A program made the translations under genes and the position numbers. The notes under the pieces were generated by a model. The model was given only the letters and a program-made list of their open reading frames with translations. It ran no database searches and was not told where the DNA came from. DNA of 62,378 nucleotides, the filler included, from Gonapodya sp. JEL0774 (Eukaryota): the NCBI GenBank assembly GCA_027604505.1. It is 29 parts of 29 records of this genome, joined end to end, with 100 filler letters (N's around TTAATTAATTAA, not from the genome) between each part and the next. Parts side by side here need not be neighbours in the genome. Positions count along the whole stretch, not along the records: positions 1 to 2,067 come from JADIIX010002281.1; positions 2,168 to 4,233 come from JADIIX010002282.1; positions 4,334 to 6,399 come from JADIIX010002283.1; positions 6,500 to 8,564 come from JADIIX010002284.1; positions 8,665 to 10,727 come from JADIIX010002285.1; positions 10,828 to 12,890 come from JADIIX010002286.1; 23 more parts are not named here. The stretch is one strand, 5' to 3'. Position 1 is the first letter of the stretch. Every line of letters starts with the position of its first letter. Positions 1 through 12,990 of this stretch are shown here, piece by piece.

Positions 1-99
1 AGCGGAAGTGGAGTTGCAGGTCCGGCGGATGGCACACAACATTCCAGGTAGCTTCTTATTGCCGTAGCCGACCGAGACGCACCTCGTTGAACAACCCAT

Positions 100-2040
100 G
101 TGTCTGTTGGACCACAGCCCATTCCAAAGGACGGGTTCGTTTCCTCCCTGCATATCCATCGCGCGCCTCTTCACTCTCCTGAGTCTCCTGATATGTCGAG
201 TGCCTCAAAGTCAATAATTGGAGCGCCGTATCTCGCCGTCTCTGCCTATGTTCGGCATTCTCTTCGCTTTCGCATATCCTTGCTCTCCCTTTCAGATCTT
301 CGCTCACCAACACGAGTCTTCTCCAACACCGCACGGCCAAAAATCGTGTGGGAGTTTGCGTACCCCGAGAATACTCCTCTGTTGCAGCGCTCTGGTGTGT
401 GGAGTGGCGAAATTGGAGGGCGTACACTCGTCGTAGGAACTCGACTCAGTGGGGAGGCCGTGGATGTATGGGATTTATCAGAACTGGAGCGGGATATTCC
501 AAACCGTTCTGGATACTCACAAGCAGCAACCATGGAAACGAGTGACACCGAGACACGGGGAGTGCGGCATGTACTTCCCGTCCCCTTTCATGCCGTGCTT
601 CCTGTCCCTTTCCACCCACCCTCCAGTCCCATGTCAACATCGTCGCTTTCCACTCTCCCCTTGCCTGTGTCCCCGATCGATCCTATAACTGATCGCCAGC
701 ACGCTACTGCCTCTTCCGCTTCCTCCTCCACAGCAATACTGGCCCTCGCCACTCGCAACCCTGCACTTCACATTTTCGACCTGATTTCGCTGCAATGTGT
801 GACCTCTTTCACACCATCTGAACCGTTGTCCCATTTGTCGTTGCACCCCACTGGTGCGATGCTGGCAGCTGGTGGTAGGAAAGGTGTAGAGATCTGGGAT
901 ACACGAGTCGGAAATGGCAAACGAGTGCACTTATTGAGGCACCGGGACGCAGTCGTAACATGTGACTGGGACGCACTGGGGAACGGGGACATGGTCGCTG
1001 CTGGAAGTTTGGATAAAGTCGTAAAGGTCATATTTTGACTTGTTAACCTTTGAGCGGCATAACTCAAATCCGTCTTTATAGATTTGGGACCTCCGATCTT
1101 TGCGCTCCCATCCTCCCATTCCCCTCCCCACTGATCCCACTTCCCTGAATCTCTCACCTCATCGCCTACTCGTCGCGCACCGTGGTGCGCTTCTTGCCTA
1201 TCACCCCACGTCCTTCGAACCTCTGAGGACCATCGAAGTGGCCGGTGGGGGAGCAGAAGTCATGGCGTCAGAAGGGAGTGTCACTGTTGTGAGCCCTGGT
1301 TGGAGTCCAAGATGTGAATGGGTGGATGTAGGGTGGGATGGCGAGAATATCGGACGGGAGGTAGGAGGAGTTGCGAACCTTCAAGTTGTCGGCAGAGATG
1401 GAGAGGTGGATGAAGCATGGGGAGGAGACGAGTCAGAGTAAGCCCAACATCAGATTCAAACTGTTTGAATGGACTCAAGTGCGAACCATAACGCTGTCCA
1501 TTCAGTGATCTCTCCGATGTTGATGATGCGACATTCGCACGACCTGCTAACTCGTCGTCCCTACCCCGATCATACCGTCGGGCAAGAAGTGCGAGCAGTA
1601 GTGGAGGTGGCTCGGTCAGAGGGTGCGTTTTGCTCATCGCACTGTTAGTGCTTTCCCTGATATGCCCCCACTCCTGGCCCGGCTCCCTTGTTTTAGCGAG
1701 TCTGGCACCCTGTCGTCCAATCCACCCTCACCCCGCATCTCTCCATCCACTTCTTCTGCACTTGGCAATTTTGTCTCGCACTCTGTTCGATCACCTTCTA
1801 GGAACACCACTGGACTTCGAAGCAGCCAGAATGTTGGACCCGCAACCTCGGATGACAATGCCAACGCAGCCCAACCAACGGTTAGAGGTGTGCAGAGATC
1901 CGAGACTGCGGAGTCAGCTGTATCAGAGGCGGACCTGCTGGCTGAAACTGAGCATGCGGTCCCACGAACTTTGCCGGAAAATCGGAGCTGAAGGGACTCT
2001 CAGCTGGGAGATCAGGGAGATTGGGCGTACAATCATTTAA
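100..2040 (+). CDS. WD40-repeat protein, multi-exon, boundaries approximate
   Basis: WD-type repeats 'LSLHPTGAMLAAGGRKGVEIWD' and 'HRDAVVTCDWD..MVAAGSLDKVVK|IWDLR'; a GT..AG intron at ~1027-1081 restores 'KVVKIWDLR'. Confidence 0.7.
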
Positions 2041-2067
2041 GCTGATAACCAGGAGAACCAAAAAGGT

Positions 2068-2167
2068 NNNNNNNNNNNNNNNNNNNNNNNNNNNNNNNNN
2101 NNNNNNNNNNNTTAATTAATTAANNNNNNNNNNNNNNNNNNNNNNNNNNNNNNNNNNNNNNNNNNNN
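2068..2167. other. Artificial contig linker N44-TTAATTAATTAA-N44 (first of 28 identical linkers)
   Basis: The same 100-bp spacer recurs every ~2.15 kb, has stop codons in all six frames, and separates fragments that decrease in length. Confidence 0.98.
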
Positions 2168-4233
2168 CCAAAATGTCCAAATTCATCATGTAAGTTCTTG
2201 ATCGCTTCTTGCCTGTCGTTGGGATGGGGAACTCGAAGCGGTGACTCAGCGCTTGGAGTCTGATATAGAATTTCACCATCGTCTCGAAGAGAAAACCGAG
2301 CGCGTTTCCGTAAATATCGCTTCCGCTCAACGCCTGAGATGGTTTCTGGAAGTGTACCGGTCTTCAAGAAGTTGATGAAGTGAGGTTGAAGGTATGGATC
2401 GAACGGTTGCTTCCGTTTTGTCTTCTCCATCCCAATTGCAGCTTCAACGGTTTCTCCCCTCTCCTCACCCTCTGTGTCATCGCTGGACTCAGAAGTGGAT
2501 GTTCTGGATGAAGGAGCTTCATCGTCTGAGAGCTGAGTCTGCTGACTGTTATTCTCTTTAGACGAGATCACCTCTTCAAATTCCTCTATAACTTCCTTCT
2601 CTTTTCCCTTCCACATTCTTTTCTCAATGGCTGGACTTTCTACGTCCTCACGAAGTGTCTTCAACTCTCTCCTAGTTTCCTCGAAGAATTCCTGGTCGGG
2701 ATCCTCCTCCATAATATGCATCAAGTCTTGCAATTCGTCGGTGCTCTCCTCCACTGCACGTAGAAAGGTCTGTGTGCTCTTTGTCGAAGCACTGGAGTTG
2801 GTGACCTGACTTGAAAGTGGTTCGGTAGGTGCCTGGTAGTCCGAGTCCGAACTGTCCTCTGACATCTCATCGATCTCCTGCTGAAGCTGATCCCAGAATC
2901 GTTTGATCTCGCTCACGTCAGCAAGATGTATCCGTACATCCTCCGTGTCATACTCTGAATCTAAGTATTCCGTCTCGTTGCTCCAGGTCACTGTTCTAAC
3001 GCTTCGTTCTAGATCTACCCCTGCGTCACCATCTCCTAGGTCACTATCATCGCGTCTCCTCTCTTCTTTCCTTTCCTCTACGCCCGCAATTTCTGGCTCT
3101 TCGATCAAAGGAATGCGACTCAACCCATCGGCAACGGTGTTCTTTCTTCCTTCCACGTACCGAGGAATGATGTCGAAGCCTTGTAATTTGTAAATCCAAT
3201 TCGCCATCTTCCCGTTCACAGGTTTCTTGTATCCCTTAAGCAAGTCACGGACAGGCTTGTGATCTGTCTTCAAGACAAACGATCGTCCCTGCAAAAGGTA
3301 GTAGAACTTTTCTGTCACGGCCCAGAGCACTGCATAGAATTCTAATTCAGTTGCCGGCCATTTCCTCTGCGTGTCCGTTAGGGATTTTGATGCATATGCG
3401 ACGGGCCTTTCGATCTCGTTGTATGGCTGAACCAATACCGCTCCTAGTCCGAGTGCGCTGGCGTCCGTATACAGGATGAATTCTTTACGGAAGTCAGGTG
3501 CCGCTAATGCTGGTGCGTGAGTAACCAAGTCTTTTAGTTCTTTGAATGCTCGTTGTTGTTGCGGACCCCAGTAAAAAGGCTCATCTTTCCGCGTCAATTT
3601 TCTCAGAGGATACGCTACACTGGAAAAGTGATCGATAAATGGCTGACAAAACGCTATGGTTTGTAGGAAACTCATGATCTCACGGCCGTCCTTTGGTTTA
3701 GGCCAATTGACAATCGTCTCTATCTTCTCGTCTGCTAGAATCAATCCATCGCGGCTGAGAACGAATCCAAGGATAGAGATCTTCTCGTGGCAAAAGGCGC
3801 ACTTAGGTAAGCGAACCTTTAATCCGGCTTTTCCCAATGCTGACAGGACTGCTCTTAAGGTGTCGATCAGTTCCTGGAAGGTATTCGCCCGAATGAAAAT
3901 ATCATCAATGTAGTGTCGGACATTTGCAAAGAGCGGTTCTTTACGCTCGTCAAACAGTCGTGTCACGATTTCAACGAAAGTAAAAGGTGCGTCCTTCAAT
4001 CCTTGCGGCATCTTCAAGTACTCATAATTTCCCCATGGTGTCGTGAATGCAGTTTTGTATACGTCGTCGGGGTGTACCTGGATCTGATGGTACCCCGAGG
4101 CCATGTCCATCGTGATGTAGAATTTTGCGCCCTGGACCCATTGCAGGATCTCGTCCATCCGAGGAATAGGTATGTGTCCCCGTGAATAGATTTGCTGGTT
4201 GAGCGCTCGATAATCCACAACAGGTCTCGCTCC
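2168..4233 (-). mobile_element. Ty3/Gypsy LTR retrotransposon pol fragment (RT, RNase H, start of integrase zinc-binding domain)
   Basis: DYRALN, DMASGYHQI, KTAF..PWG.YEY.KMPQGL, YIDD, YTDAS, PVAYAS, TDHK, N.VADGLSR, then 'LHDEFGH' at the fragment end. Confidence 0.96.
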
Positions 4234-4385
4234 NNNNNNNNNNNNNNNNNNNNNNNNNNNNNNNNNNNNNNNNNNNNTTAATTAATTAANNNNNNNNNNN
4301 NNNNNNNNNNNNNNNNNNNNNNNNNNNNNNNNNGACCCGACTTCCCGGCTCGCCGCTTCTGCCCCTGCATTCCACGCTGTCACCA

Positions 4386-4731
4386 GCAATCCGCGGTCGA
4401 ATTTCCTTCCTAACCCTAACTCGACCTTGGCTCGACTCGAGGACCTCCAAAATTGGCTCAGCTCGACTTCTCTGGGCTCAACTCGACTCGTAGATGCTTT
4501 AAGCACAGACGCTTCCTGGGTGCTGGTCCCAGGATGTGGTTTGTTGATTGATGAGCTGTTTCGGTTATACAAAAATAAGTGGCATATATCAACTCGCGAA
4601 TAACTCGCGAGTTACTCGTGAGTTGGCGCAAATTTGAGCGAGCGAGTTACGAGTTGACTATTTCTACAACTGAGCGAGCGAGTTACGAGTAGCGCTAAAA
4701 TGAGCGAGTTACTCGCTCGCTCACAGCTTTA
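4386..4731. mobile_element. Two hAT/MITE-like transposon ends with CTCG/CGAG-rich subterminal repeats
   Basis: Clusters of actcgactcg and gagcgagcgagttacgag motifs, ending in ...atgcttta (4501) and ...cagcttta (4731); both read TAAAGC on the minus strand. Confidence 0.5.
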
Positions 4732-7700
4732 AGAGCAAAAGAGGAGGCAATTACTACTGTGCCTACTTCCTTAACAACTTCCTCGACAAGGATACGTTTC
4801 GACGAGTACCAATATGTAACGAGAGCACCTTTATTGACACTGGTTACCGATACTGGCAAGATCCAGAACTTACTTCATAGCAATTACAGCAAGTATTTGA
4901 ATGGCTAGTACAAGATAGTATGGAACCAAACCTGTGACCTTTGTGGGTTAATGAAGTAATATGAATCTAACATAGGACATCCAATATAGGAAAATGGATC
5001 GAGGTCTGCTGGTCATTGGCCTGGACCCTTCAAATTTTGATATGTCAAGAGTTCGGCCTTGCATTCACTAGTAAAGTAGAAAAGCAAGTATACACGTCTT
5101 ATTTATATTACTTATTAGTGCATTCCTACTTACCCCTCTGTTTCACTGTTGTAGACCACATTCAACTAAAATTTCACAAAATGAGGTTTAGTCAACTGAT
5201 GTCAAACACATTCTAGATGATCTAACTGGTGTTGAACAAATTGAGGTTGATGCAACTGTAGTGTACTCACAGACTGTTGTTCAACAGTGGTGAACCTGAA
5301 CCCAAGGTGGTCTACCTGCGTTCAACCTGCGTTCAACTTACAGTTCACTCAAAATACATTTATTCAACTGTGAGACACCGCAGTATAACAAAATTTGCGG
5401 TGGACTGCGGTGGACTGCGGTTGAATGGTTTTGCTGGTTTCCTGATGAATTCCAAGCACTTCCCATGCGGGTATCGTTGCCACTCAATAACGCTGCTCAG
5501 GGCATCACGGATACGGCAGAGACATTTATTCGAAGGGTCCGCGAGGCTCTTCTTGCAATGTCGGGCATAGGCGAACAATACCCTGGTCAGGGCGTTGAAG
5601 TCACTGACGAACTCGTTCCATTTGTCATCCGTGGTAGACAAATTCAAGTTCGCTGCCACCATGACAAGGCTATTACACGCTCCTAGAAAAGCAAAGTGAT
5701 GGCGAGAAACGAAAGGGCGAACACTACCGCCGAGTGGATGATGCGGCGGGACGAACCTGCAAATAAAACGTTCTGCATCGCCCGTCTGCGCGGAGTCTTG
5801 TATGGTTCCACTCTAGCAGCAGCGACTCGTTTGCATTTCTGCGCCGCGTCACTGCGCACCGTTACGAGTCGCCGCCAGCGAATCATTATCGGCGTCGCTG
5901 ATTCTGCAGGCGCCCTCGCGGGGTGTATCATCTTGGGCGATCCCTCGGGCATTGGAGCGGCAGGCAGTGTAGAGGGGTTGATTGTCGGGGTAGCTCGAGG
6001 CGGCGAACGTGAAGGGAGGGAAGCTGAACGCGGGGATGATGCTGAGAGATTCCGGTGCGCCGCGGGCACACTGCGCATTCTCACATCCGGCAGCGTCGCC
6101 GAGCCTGCTGGACATGGGCAGAAGTGGCGGTGGTTGTGCGTGGTGCACGACAAGGGAGGGGGTCGGTGATTGCTGTCGTCGTGCATGAATGAGGGAATGA
6201 GCGTGACGAGCCTTGACATGACGACGAGGTTGTGGGTGGGTGAGGTTCGAGCGGGATGTGCGGAGAGTTGCTTTTTCTCTTGCCCTGCCTTCAGTCCGAA
6301 GTCTGAATTGTTTGTTTTTTTGTTGGGATTTTGGAAAGCGCCGAGCCACTTCTCACCAAAAAGAGGCAGTGCGGACCGCCATCGCCTCCCGCAGAAACTN
6401 NNNNNNNNNNNNNNNNNNNNNNNNNNNNNNNNNNNNNNNNNNNTTAATTAATTAANNNNNNNNNNNNNNNNNNNNNNNNNNNNNNNNNNNNNNNNNNNNG
6501 CCGTCGGCCGCCACTGCTTGTCCCCTACAGTGCTCGCTGGAAACCATATCGACAGCGGACTCGAAGTGAAGGCGGCTTCTGCAACGAACCGACAGAGTCC
6601 AAGGGACAGGAAAAGCGATCCGAAAAGGAAAAGCGTCCATAATCGGCGCGTTATGCGCCCCCTTCGTGTGTTCCGTTCTTCCATCATCGGTGATGGGGAA
6701 ATTGGAATTAAGGGGCTGACTCAGATCACCTCGCCACACTGCCATTTCGGCACATCCACTTGACCCGACGCAGCCACCCATCTAAAACGAATGAGTGACA
6801 AAATGTAGAACCTGGACTCTGCTTTGAATTGCCCACATGAAAGCATTGCCGTCCTGCAGCGGTTCATCCAGAGTCTGAAGGAGGTCATTCATCGATTGAC
6901 TGCCACTGGTAATATTTACTCACACCACGCATTGGCCGGCGTAGGAGATAAAGGACATGAAAGCGGCGTTGCGTAACGCGGTTGGTGCTAAGGGGTTAGC
7001 GCTAAGCGCAAGAAGGCGGAGTGCAGGTTTGGAAAGGCGACAAGTCATTATTATCTAGACCTTTGATATCATCATGATGCTGAACTTTCACTGTCGAATG
7101 AATGTAGATTGTGGGACCGTACCAAACCGTTGGGAGCTGACGGGACCAACCGCTGACGCATCTCCTGACTCTGCAAAGGATCAGCAAGAGACATCATCAT
7201 CTGCTTCCGAGTGTGATACCTCCATCTCACAAAAAGCACAGGCAGAATATTAGTTCGCTGAGATATGACGTCCCCGTCTCCGTTCAAGATCTGGTTCCAA
7301 TCCGCGTTACAACCATCTTTCCGAACACCAAATATGTCGAGGAGGATCCCCTCTTTTCTCATCGTACTCAAACATGACACGTTGAGCTTTCCCATGCGCG
7401 AGGAGCTGAACTGAACTGATGTGGTGCCAGATTTGATACCGGAGTTCGTGGGCACACGTCCCCGCAGCCGATGAGTGTAGTCGTTCGTTATCGACGCCGC
7501 CAGAAAAAGTTGAGCATCGCGGTCATGAGTTCCACTTGAGTGAACGCACGCCACACTTGCAGAGTGTGATATGCTGTCGGTGCCCGGATGGAGAGTCCAG
7601 GTCTGGTAACAGCGTGAGGTTGGTGAGGTCCACTTTCCGCCATCCGGGGTTCTGCTCCCCATCGACACTAGAGAATCGCCTAGAGTGGATTCTGAGTCCG

Positions 7701-8664
7701 CATCGTGGCGCTTCGATTTGGGCTTGGGCAAGATGTGCGAGTCGAGTCGCTGTGACACGACCGGAGCCCGATCGACGAGCTCGTGGAGGTTGGATTCCTC
7801 TTCTGGGATCGGAATCTGTATTTTTTGCAGAGCATCGGTGAGGAACTTCTCGGAAAGGGGCGGGAATATCGCCGATCGTGGTTGGTGGCGCCGGGGAAAA
7901 CGGCGGGTTCTTGCTTGGAACAAAACTAGCACGATGTGCGCGGTATGCCGGCCTCTGATGTTTAAAGACAGATATACCAGGAGAGGATGAACCTGTCACT
8001 AGTAATCTATAAGCAACTTTGAGACAGGTATGCTGTCCCGTTGACTGTACGCGGGTAGGTCCCAGTCCTCCGTGTGTGCAGCAAGTAATTCCAAGGTAGG
8101 TGGTCGGGAGATTACCGATCAAGTTCCAGTCAACATGGTCCGAGAGAGAGTGGGGGACCTCTCTCGGAGTTCAAAAAGCCCAAAGTTCAATGTGACTTAC
8201 CGAGGAGAATCCCCAAAGCCGGCGGGAGGGGCGTAGCCAAGGAGGGGATTGTTGTAACCGTAATCAGCCATGAAAGGGAAAGCGAGAGCAGTTAGTGAGT
8301 GGGGACGAGAAAGAGAGGTCCCCAGCGGCAGGCAGGTGCGAGGAAGGAGATGAGTGAGATGGCGAAGTAAGGAAATACAAATTGAAATAAGAAATACATC
8401 GGTAAAAGGTAGAAGAGGTAGGTAGTGAATAAAAGATTAAGACGGAAGTATTAGTTTATATAGTGAGATGACGAGCGTGATCAAGGGATTGGAAGCAGAA
8501 GGCGGCCAATAATGAGATACTCGGCGGGGTATCGATGAGTGTGAGACAAGGAATATTCCTCATANNNNNNNNNNNNNNNNNNNNNNNNNNNNNNNNNNNN
8601 NNNNNNNNTTAATTAATTAANNNNNNNNNNNNNNNNNNNNNNNNNNNNNNNNNNNNNNNNNNNN

Positions 8665-10727
8665 GCAATACTGAGTGCTAGTTACTCTTTATACCATCAT
8701 GCACACAGAGCCTGCATGTGCAGTTGATGATTTTACTTCTCCTCCACTTGGATTTGCAATTGAATGGAACCCTCTTGGTGATGCATCATGCTTTATCCAC
8801 ATAATATCACAAAGGAAGCACCCTAATGCTTCCCGAGCAGAAATAATTGATATTTCAAAATTGCTTGGTGAACTAATAGCTGTGGAACTTTCTGAAAAGG
8901 AGGATTGGTATCGACAAGAATTCTGTGGTGGTGATGTGGAATTGAATTGGCAAGAGCTTGTTTTAAGCTTTCGTGATCCAAAAACTTATCTTGAGACACC
9001 TGCAATTGAAGCTGCTGTCAAGCTTTTCCAATTTTGATTTTGTTTGCATCGGCATGACTCCAGAACAGACTTTTTCATCAACTATTCTGCCACGATCTTG
9101 TTCCAGATGACAAAGAAGTGACTCATATAATGCTAAGAGGACAAAAAGAATCTGCACACTATGTACTTCTGAAGTTTATTGGATTGAATGATCCCCGACT
9201 GCAAATTGTTGATACTGCTGCAGCTAAGGCAATACAGGACACAGATCCCACCATGGAGAGAAACAGAAATGTCCTTGATGTAGTTGGAAGAAGCGTTTGG
9301 AATTCTGATTTCTCATTATCAGCTGAGCAACCCAGAATCTATATGCCTGCAGAAATTGAGGATGAGCAATTATCAGTTACAGAAAGGCAAGAGGCTCATC
9401 AAGATCAGACAGCAATCCCAGGGTTTAGCAAAGCAAACAAAACTGGAATCAGCTTGGCAAACCAGGTTTCATCAGAGCAGCAGGTCAAAGAAATTGACTT
9501 GGAAAATACACTGCAAGCTGTGCCAACCACATATTTAGCAAAATGTGGGCAGGAACTGAACTTCCTCCTGCAACCCCCTTTCGCTTCCATTCTACCACAG
9601 TGCAGAGAGCTGACAGTGTAGCAGCAGATATTCATGCCATTCATATTGATGCTAATGGAACAAGTTTTACAACCAAACGCGATGGTGCCCTATCCATTCA
9701 AGGTTGCAGATATGGATCTTCAAAGTACACTCTTTGACTTTCAGAATTTCATTGGGCAAAGCTGCCACATTCTTGAGGATAAAACATGCTTATATGCAGA
9801 ATGACCCTGCATGGGAACATTGAAGCTGCACATCTGTTTACAATACTTTTGATCCTTCCATTCCAAATTCTGGTGAAGTGAGTAAATCTTTTCAGAGAGC
9901 CAACAGAACTACAAAAAAAAGATGCATTTCATATTATGAGAATGATAGATGTGCATGAAAAGCACTGCCTGTTGACAGATTTTACTACAGATTTGCGTGA
10001 TGCAATTTTTGACTATCACCCAGAGGACATCAAGAAGTTAACACCAGTGCTCCAAAAAAAGTTTGGGGCATCATTTAAGAAGTGCCTTCTGATGCCAGCA
10101 GCAATATAGTTCATACTTTCACGCTGCCAGCGCATTGTTTCAAATGATGACAAACTGTACAAGAGAGTGGAGCAAGTTCTGGAAGTCTACGAAAACGCTC
10201 CACCAAAACGAGGATTCAAGTCTATATTTACTAAGACTGTGCTGAATGCAATCAAGTATGTCTTGAAGTTAATCAAAGATGGATATGTTTCAGACCCTGA
10301 AGGAATCCAGCTATACTGTGAGAATGGCCTTACTATGTTTTTGTCTGTTTGTGGAACTTCCATTGTTGAAGCAATCAATCGTCAATTTTGTGAGAGTATG
10401 AGCAGCTACAATGCAGGTCCAGAATATGTCATGGTTCAAGCATATAACTTTATGTATCGATGGAATGACAAGCGCCTTCGCATTCTTCTTGGACCAGACC
10501 TTTACCCTTCTATTGGGAGTTTCTCATATGAATGGCTTGATCAGATTCAAAACAATGGTGTGGTTGCCTTTAATGGACTGACTTTGCATTCATGGTTGCA
10601 GAATACTGGCACATTTAAGAAAACAAGCAAGCAGTTTGTGTTTGTTCCAATTGTGACAGATTATCATAAGCCTGAATAGTTTATGTTGGAGGATTTACCA
10701 GGAAAAATGACACCACAGAACAAGTTC
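8665..10727 (+). pseudogene. Degenerate putative DNA-transposase / exonuclease-like gene
   Basis: Broken frames contain 'KDAFHIMRMIDVHEKHCLLTDFTTDLRDAIF' (~9918) and 'GYVSDPEGIQLY..NGLTMFLSVCGTSIVE' (~10280); many stops and frameshifts; strong CpG depletion. Confidence 0.5.
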
Positions 10728-11174
10728 NNNNNNNNNNNNNNNNNNNNNNNNNNNNNNNNNNNNNNNNNNNNTTAATTAATTAANNNNNNNNNNNNNNNNN
10801 NNNNNNNNNNNNNNNNNNNNNNNNNNNCACCACCCATCACAATTAGCAACAATTTGAGCATATTTCAACACTCCTAACACCTCTAGCGTCAACATTGATA
10901 TATATTGTGATGGTTTGAGCAAGAAAATGGGGAATTATCAGTGTTTAAAGTACCTAGTTACAAATTCAAAGTTTTGGACCCTATCGCCAGTTTGGGCCCA
11001 AAAAGCCCCCATTTCACAGGGGTAACTGTACTTCCCCACTCACCAAAAACCTTTTACTATATATGGGGAGTAGGCTGGGACAGTTTGGGACAGTTTGGAG
11101 GGGGTGACAGAATCGATTCACATTCACACACCCCTAGTAGTCTTCTCCAATTGGCTGCCCTATGGGGTACTGTT

Positions 11175-11600
11175 CATACTTAAGGGGACAAACTCAGGAG
11201 TCATTCAAGATCCAAAATTCCTTCAGATTTGGAAATGTCACATTATAACACATTTACCTATGCATGGGTGCGGGGATCTGAGTACTTTGAGTGTTTGAAC
11301 CATTTGCCTCCCCATGGGGCAGAGTGTGTACTTTAAGGGACTAACTCAGGAAAGATTCAATCTCAAAATTCCTTCCCTTATCAACTCAGCACACTCTAGT
11401 TCATCAGAGTATCAAAGGGTGCAGGTATCAGACATGTTTTGAAAGTCATCTCCCTAGGGCGGCCCTAAGCGAAACAGTTCGTACTTAAGGGGACAAACTC
11501 AGGACTCATCCAATTTAAAAAATTCCTTCAGATCTGAGCTCTACTGATAAAATTGCATCTACCTATGCATGGGTGCAGGGATCAGACGACTTTTGGTTCT
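11175..11600. repeat. Diverged ~152-bp tandem repeat, about 3 copies
   Basis: Variants of acttaaggggacaaactcagga at ~11178, ~11330 and ~11483, each followed by a gggtgc(a/g)gg(g/t)atc motif. Confidence 0.75.
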
Positions 11601-11874
11601 GGCCCAACCCAAACCCGACATCCCTATGTACCCTAAAGCAATATTGATAGTGTGGCAGCTGTAGGAGTGCGTGGGTGAGCACATTACCCAAATTCAACCT
11701 TTCCCACTGGCCAAACATGTCTTATCCACCTTCCCCTTCCATTACAAACAAATACATATATTCTTAATCTTTAATACGAATTGTTATACTATGGGGGTCC
11801 TGCAAACCCCTACAATGTCTAACTCTAAGTACTAATATATCAAAAATTGGTTGTTACTTAACGTGACAAAACCT

Positions 11875-12890
11875 GTGCACCTCCCGCACCAAAACAAATT
11901 CCAAATCTCAATTGCCCACACGCAAATACATAGGTGTGCAAAGGGGAGCAGTCAGAAAAGCTGTAGTGATGGTGTTCTGATGGTCATCTATAGGTCTGTC
12001 CCACCATTTGGGCAGTAACTACTTATAGTCACAAATTCAGGGCACCTCCCACACCAAAACCAACAATAGATCTGAGCTCCCAACACCTGGATACATTTGT
12101 GTGCAAAGGGGAGCAGTCAGAAAAGCAGTAGTGATGGTGTTCTGATGGTCATCTATAGGTCTGCCCCACTGTTTGGGCAGTAACTACTTATAGTCACAAA
12201 TTCAGGGCACTTCCCACACCAAAACCAACAATAGATCTGAGCTCCCAACACTCCAATACATATGTGTGCAAAGGGGAGCAGTCAGAAAAGCAGTAGTGAT
12301 GGTGATCTGATGGTCATCTATAGGTCCTCCCCACTGTTTGGGCAGTAACTACTTATAGTCACAAATTCAGGGCACCACCCAAACCTTAACCAACCATAGA
12401 TCTGAACTCCCCACACTCAAATACATATGTGTGCAAAGGGGAGCAGTCACAAAAGGAGTATTGATGGTGGTCTGATGGTGATCTGTAGGTCCGCCCCACT
12501 GTTTAGGCAGTAACTACTTATAGTCACAAATTCAGGGCACCTCCCACACCAAAACCAACCATAGATCTGAACTCCCGACACTTAAATACATTTGTGTGCA
12601 AAGGGGAGCAGTCAGAAATGCAGTGGTAATGGTGATCTGATGGTGATCTATAGGTCTGTCACACCATTTGGGCAGTAACTACTTATAGTCACAAATTCAG
12701 GGCACCTCCCACAGCAAAACCAACCATAGATCTGAATTCCCCACACTCAAATACATATGTGTGCAAAGGGGAGCAGTGAGAGAAGCATTAGTGATGCTGA
12801 TCTATAGGTCCACCCCACTGTTTGGGCAGTAAGTACTTATAGTCACAAATTCAGGGCACCTCCCACACCAAAACCAACCATAGATCTGAA
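11875..12890. repeat. 165-bp tandem repeat array, about 6 copies, running off the fragment end
   Basis: The motif aaggggagcagt starts at 11941, 12106, 12271, 12436, 12601 and 12766, an exact 165-bp period. Confidence 0.97.
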
Positions 12891-12990
12891 NNNNNNNNNN
12901 NNNNNNNNNNNNNNNNNNNNNNNNNNNNNNNNNNTTAATTAATTAANNNNNNNNNNNNNNNNNNNNNNNNNNNNNNNNNNNNNNNNNNNN

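Noticed and set aside
5360..8272. ORFs at 5360-6219 and 7072-8272 as identifiable genes
   Set aside because: Some look exon-like (e.g. MADYGYNNPLLGYAPP with a GTAAGT donor), but I found no recognisable motif or coherent gene model.
11875..12890. The 165-bp array as a CRISPR array or a 55-aa protein repeat
   Set aside because: The whole unit repeats with no unique spacers, no cas genes are present, and no long ORF crosses the units.
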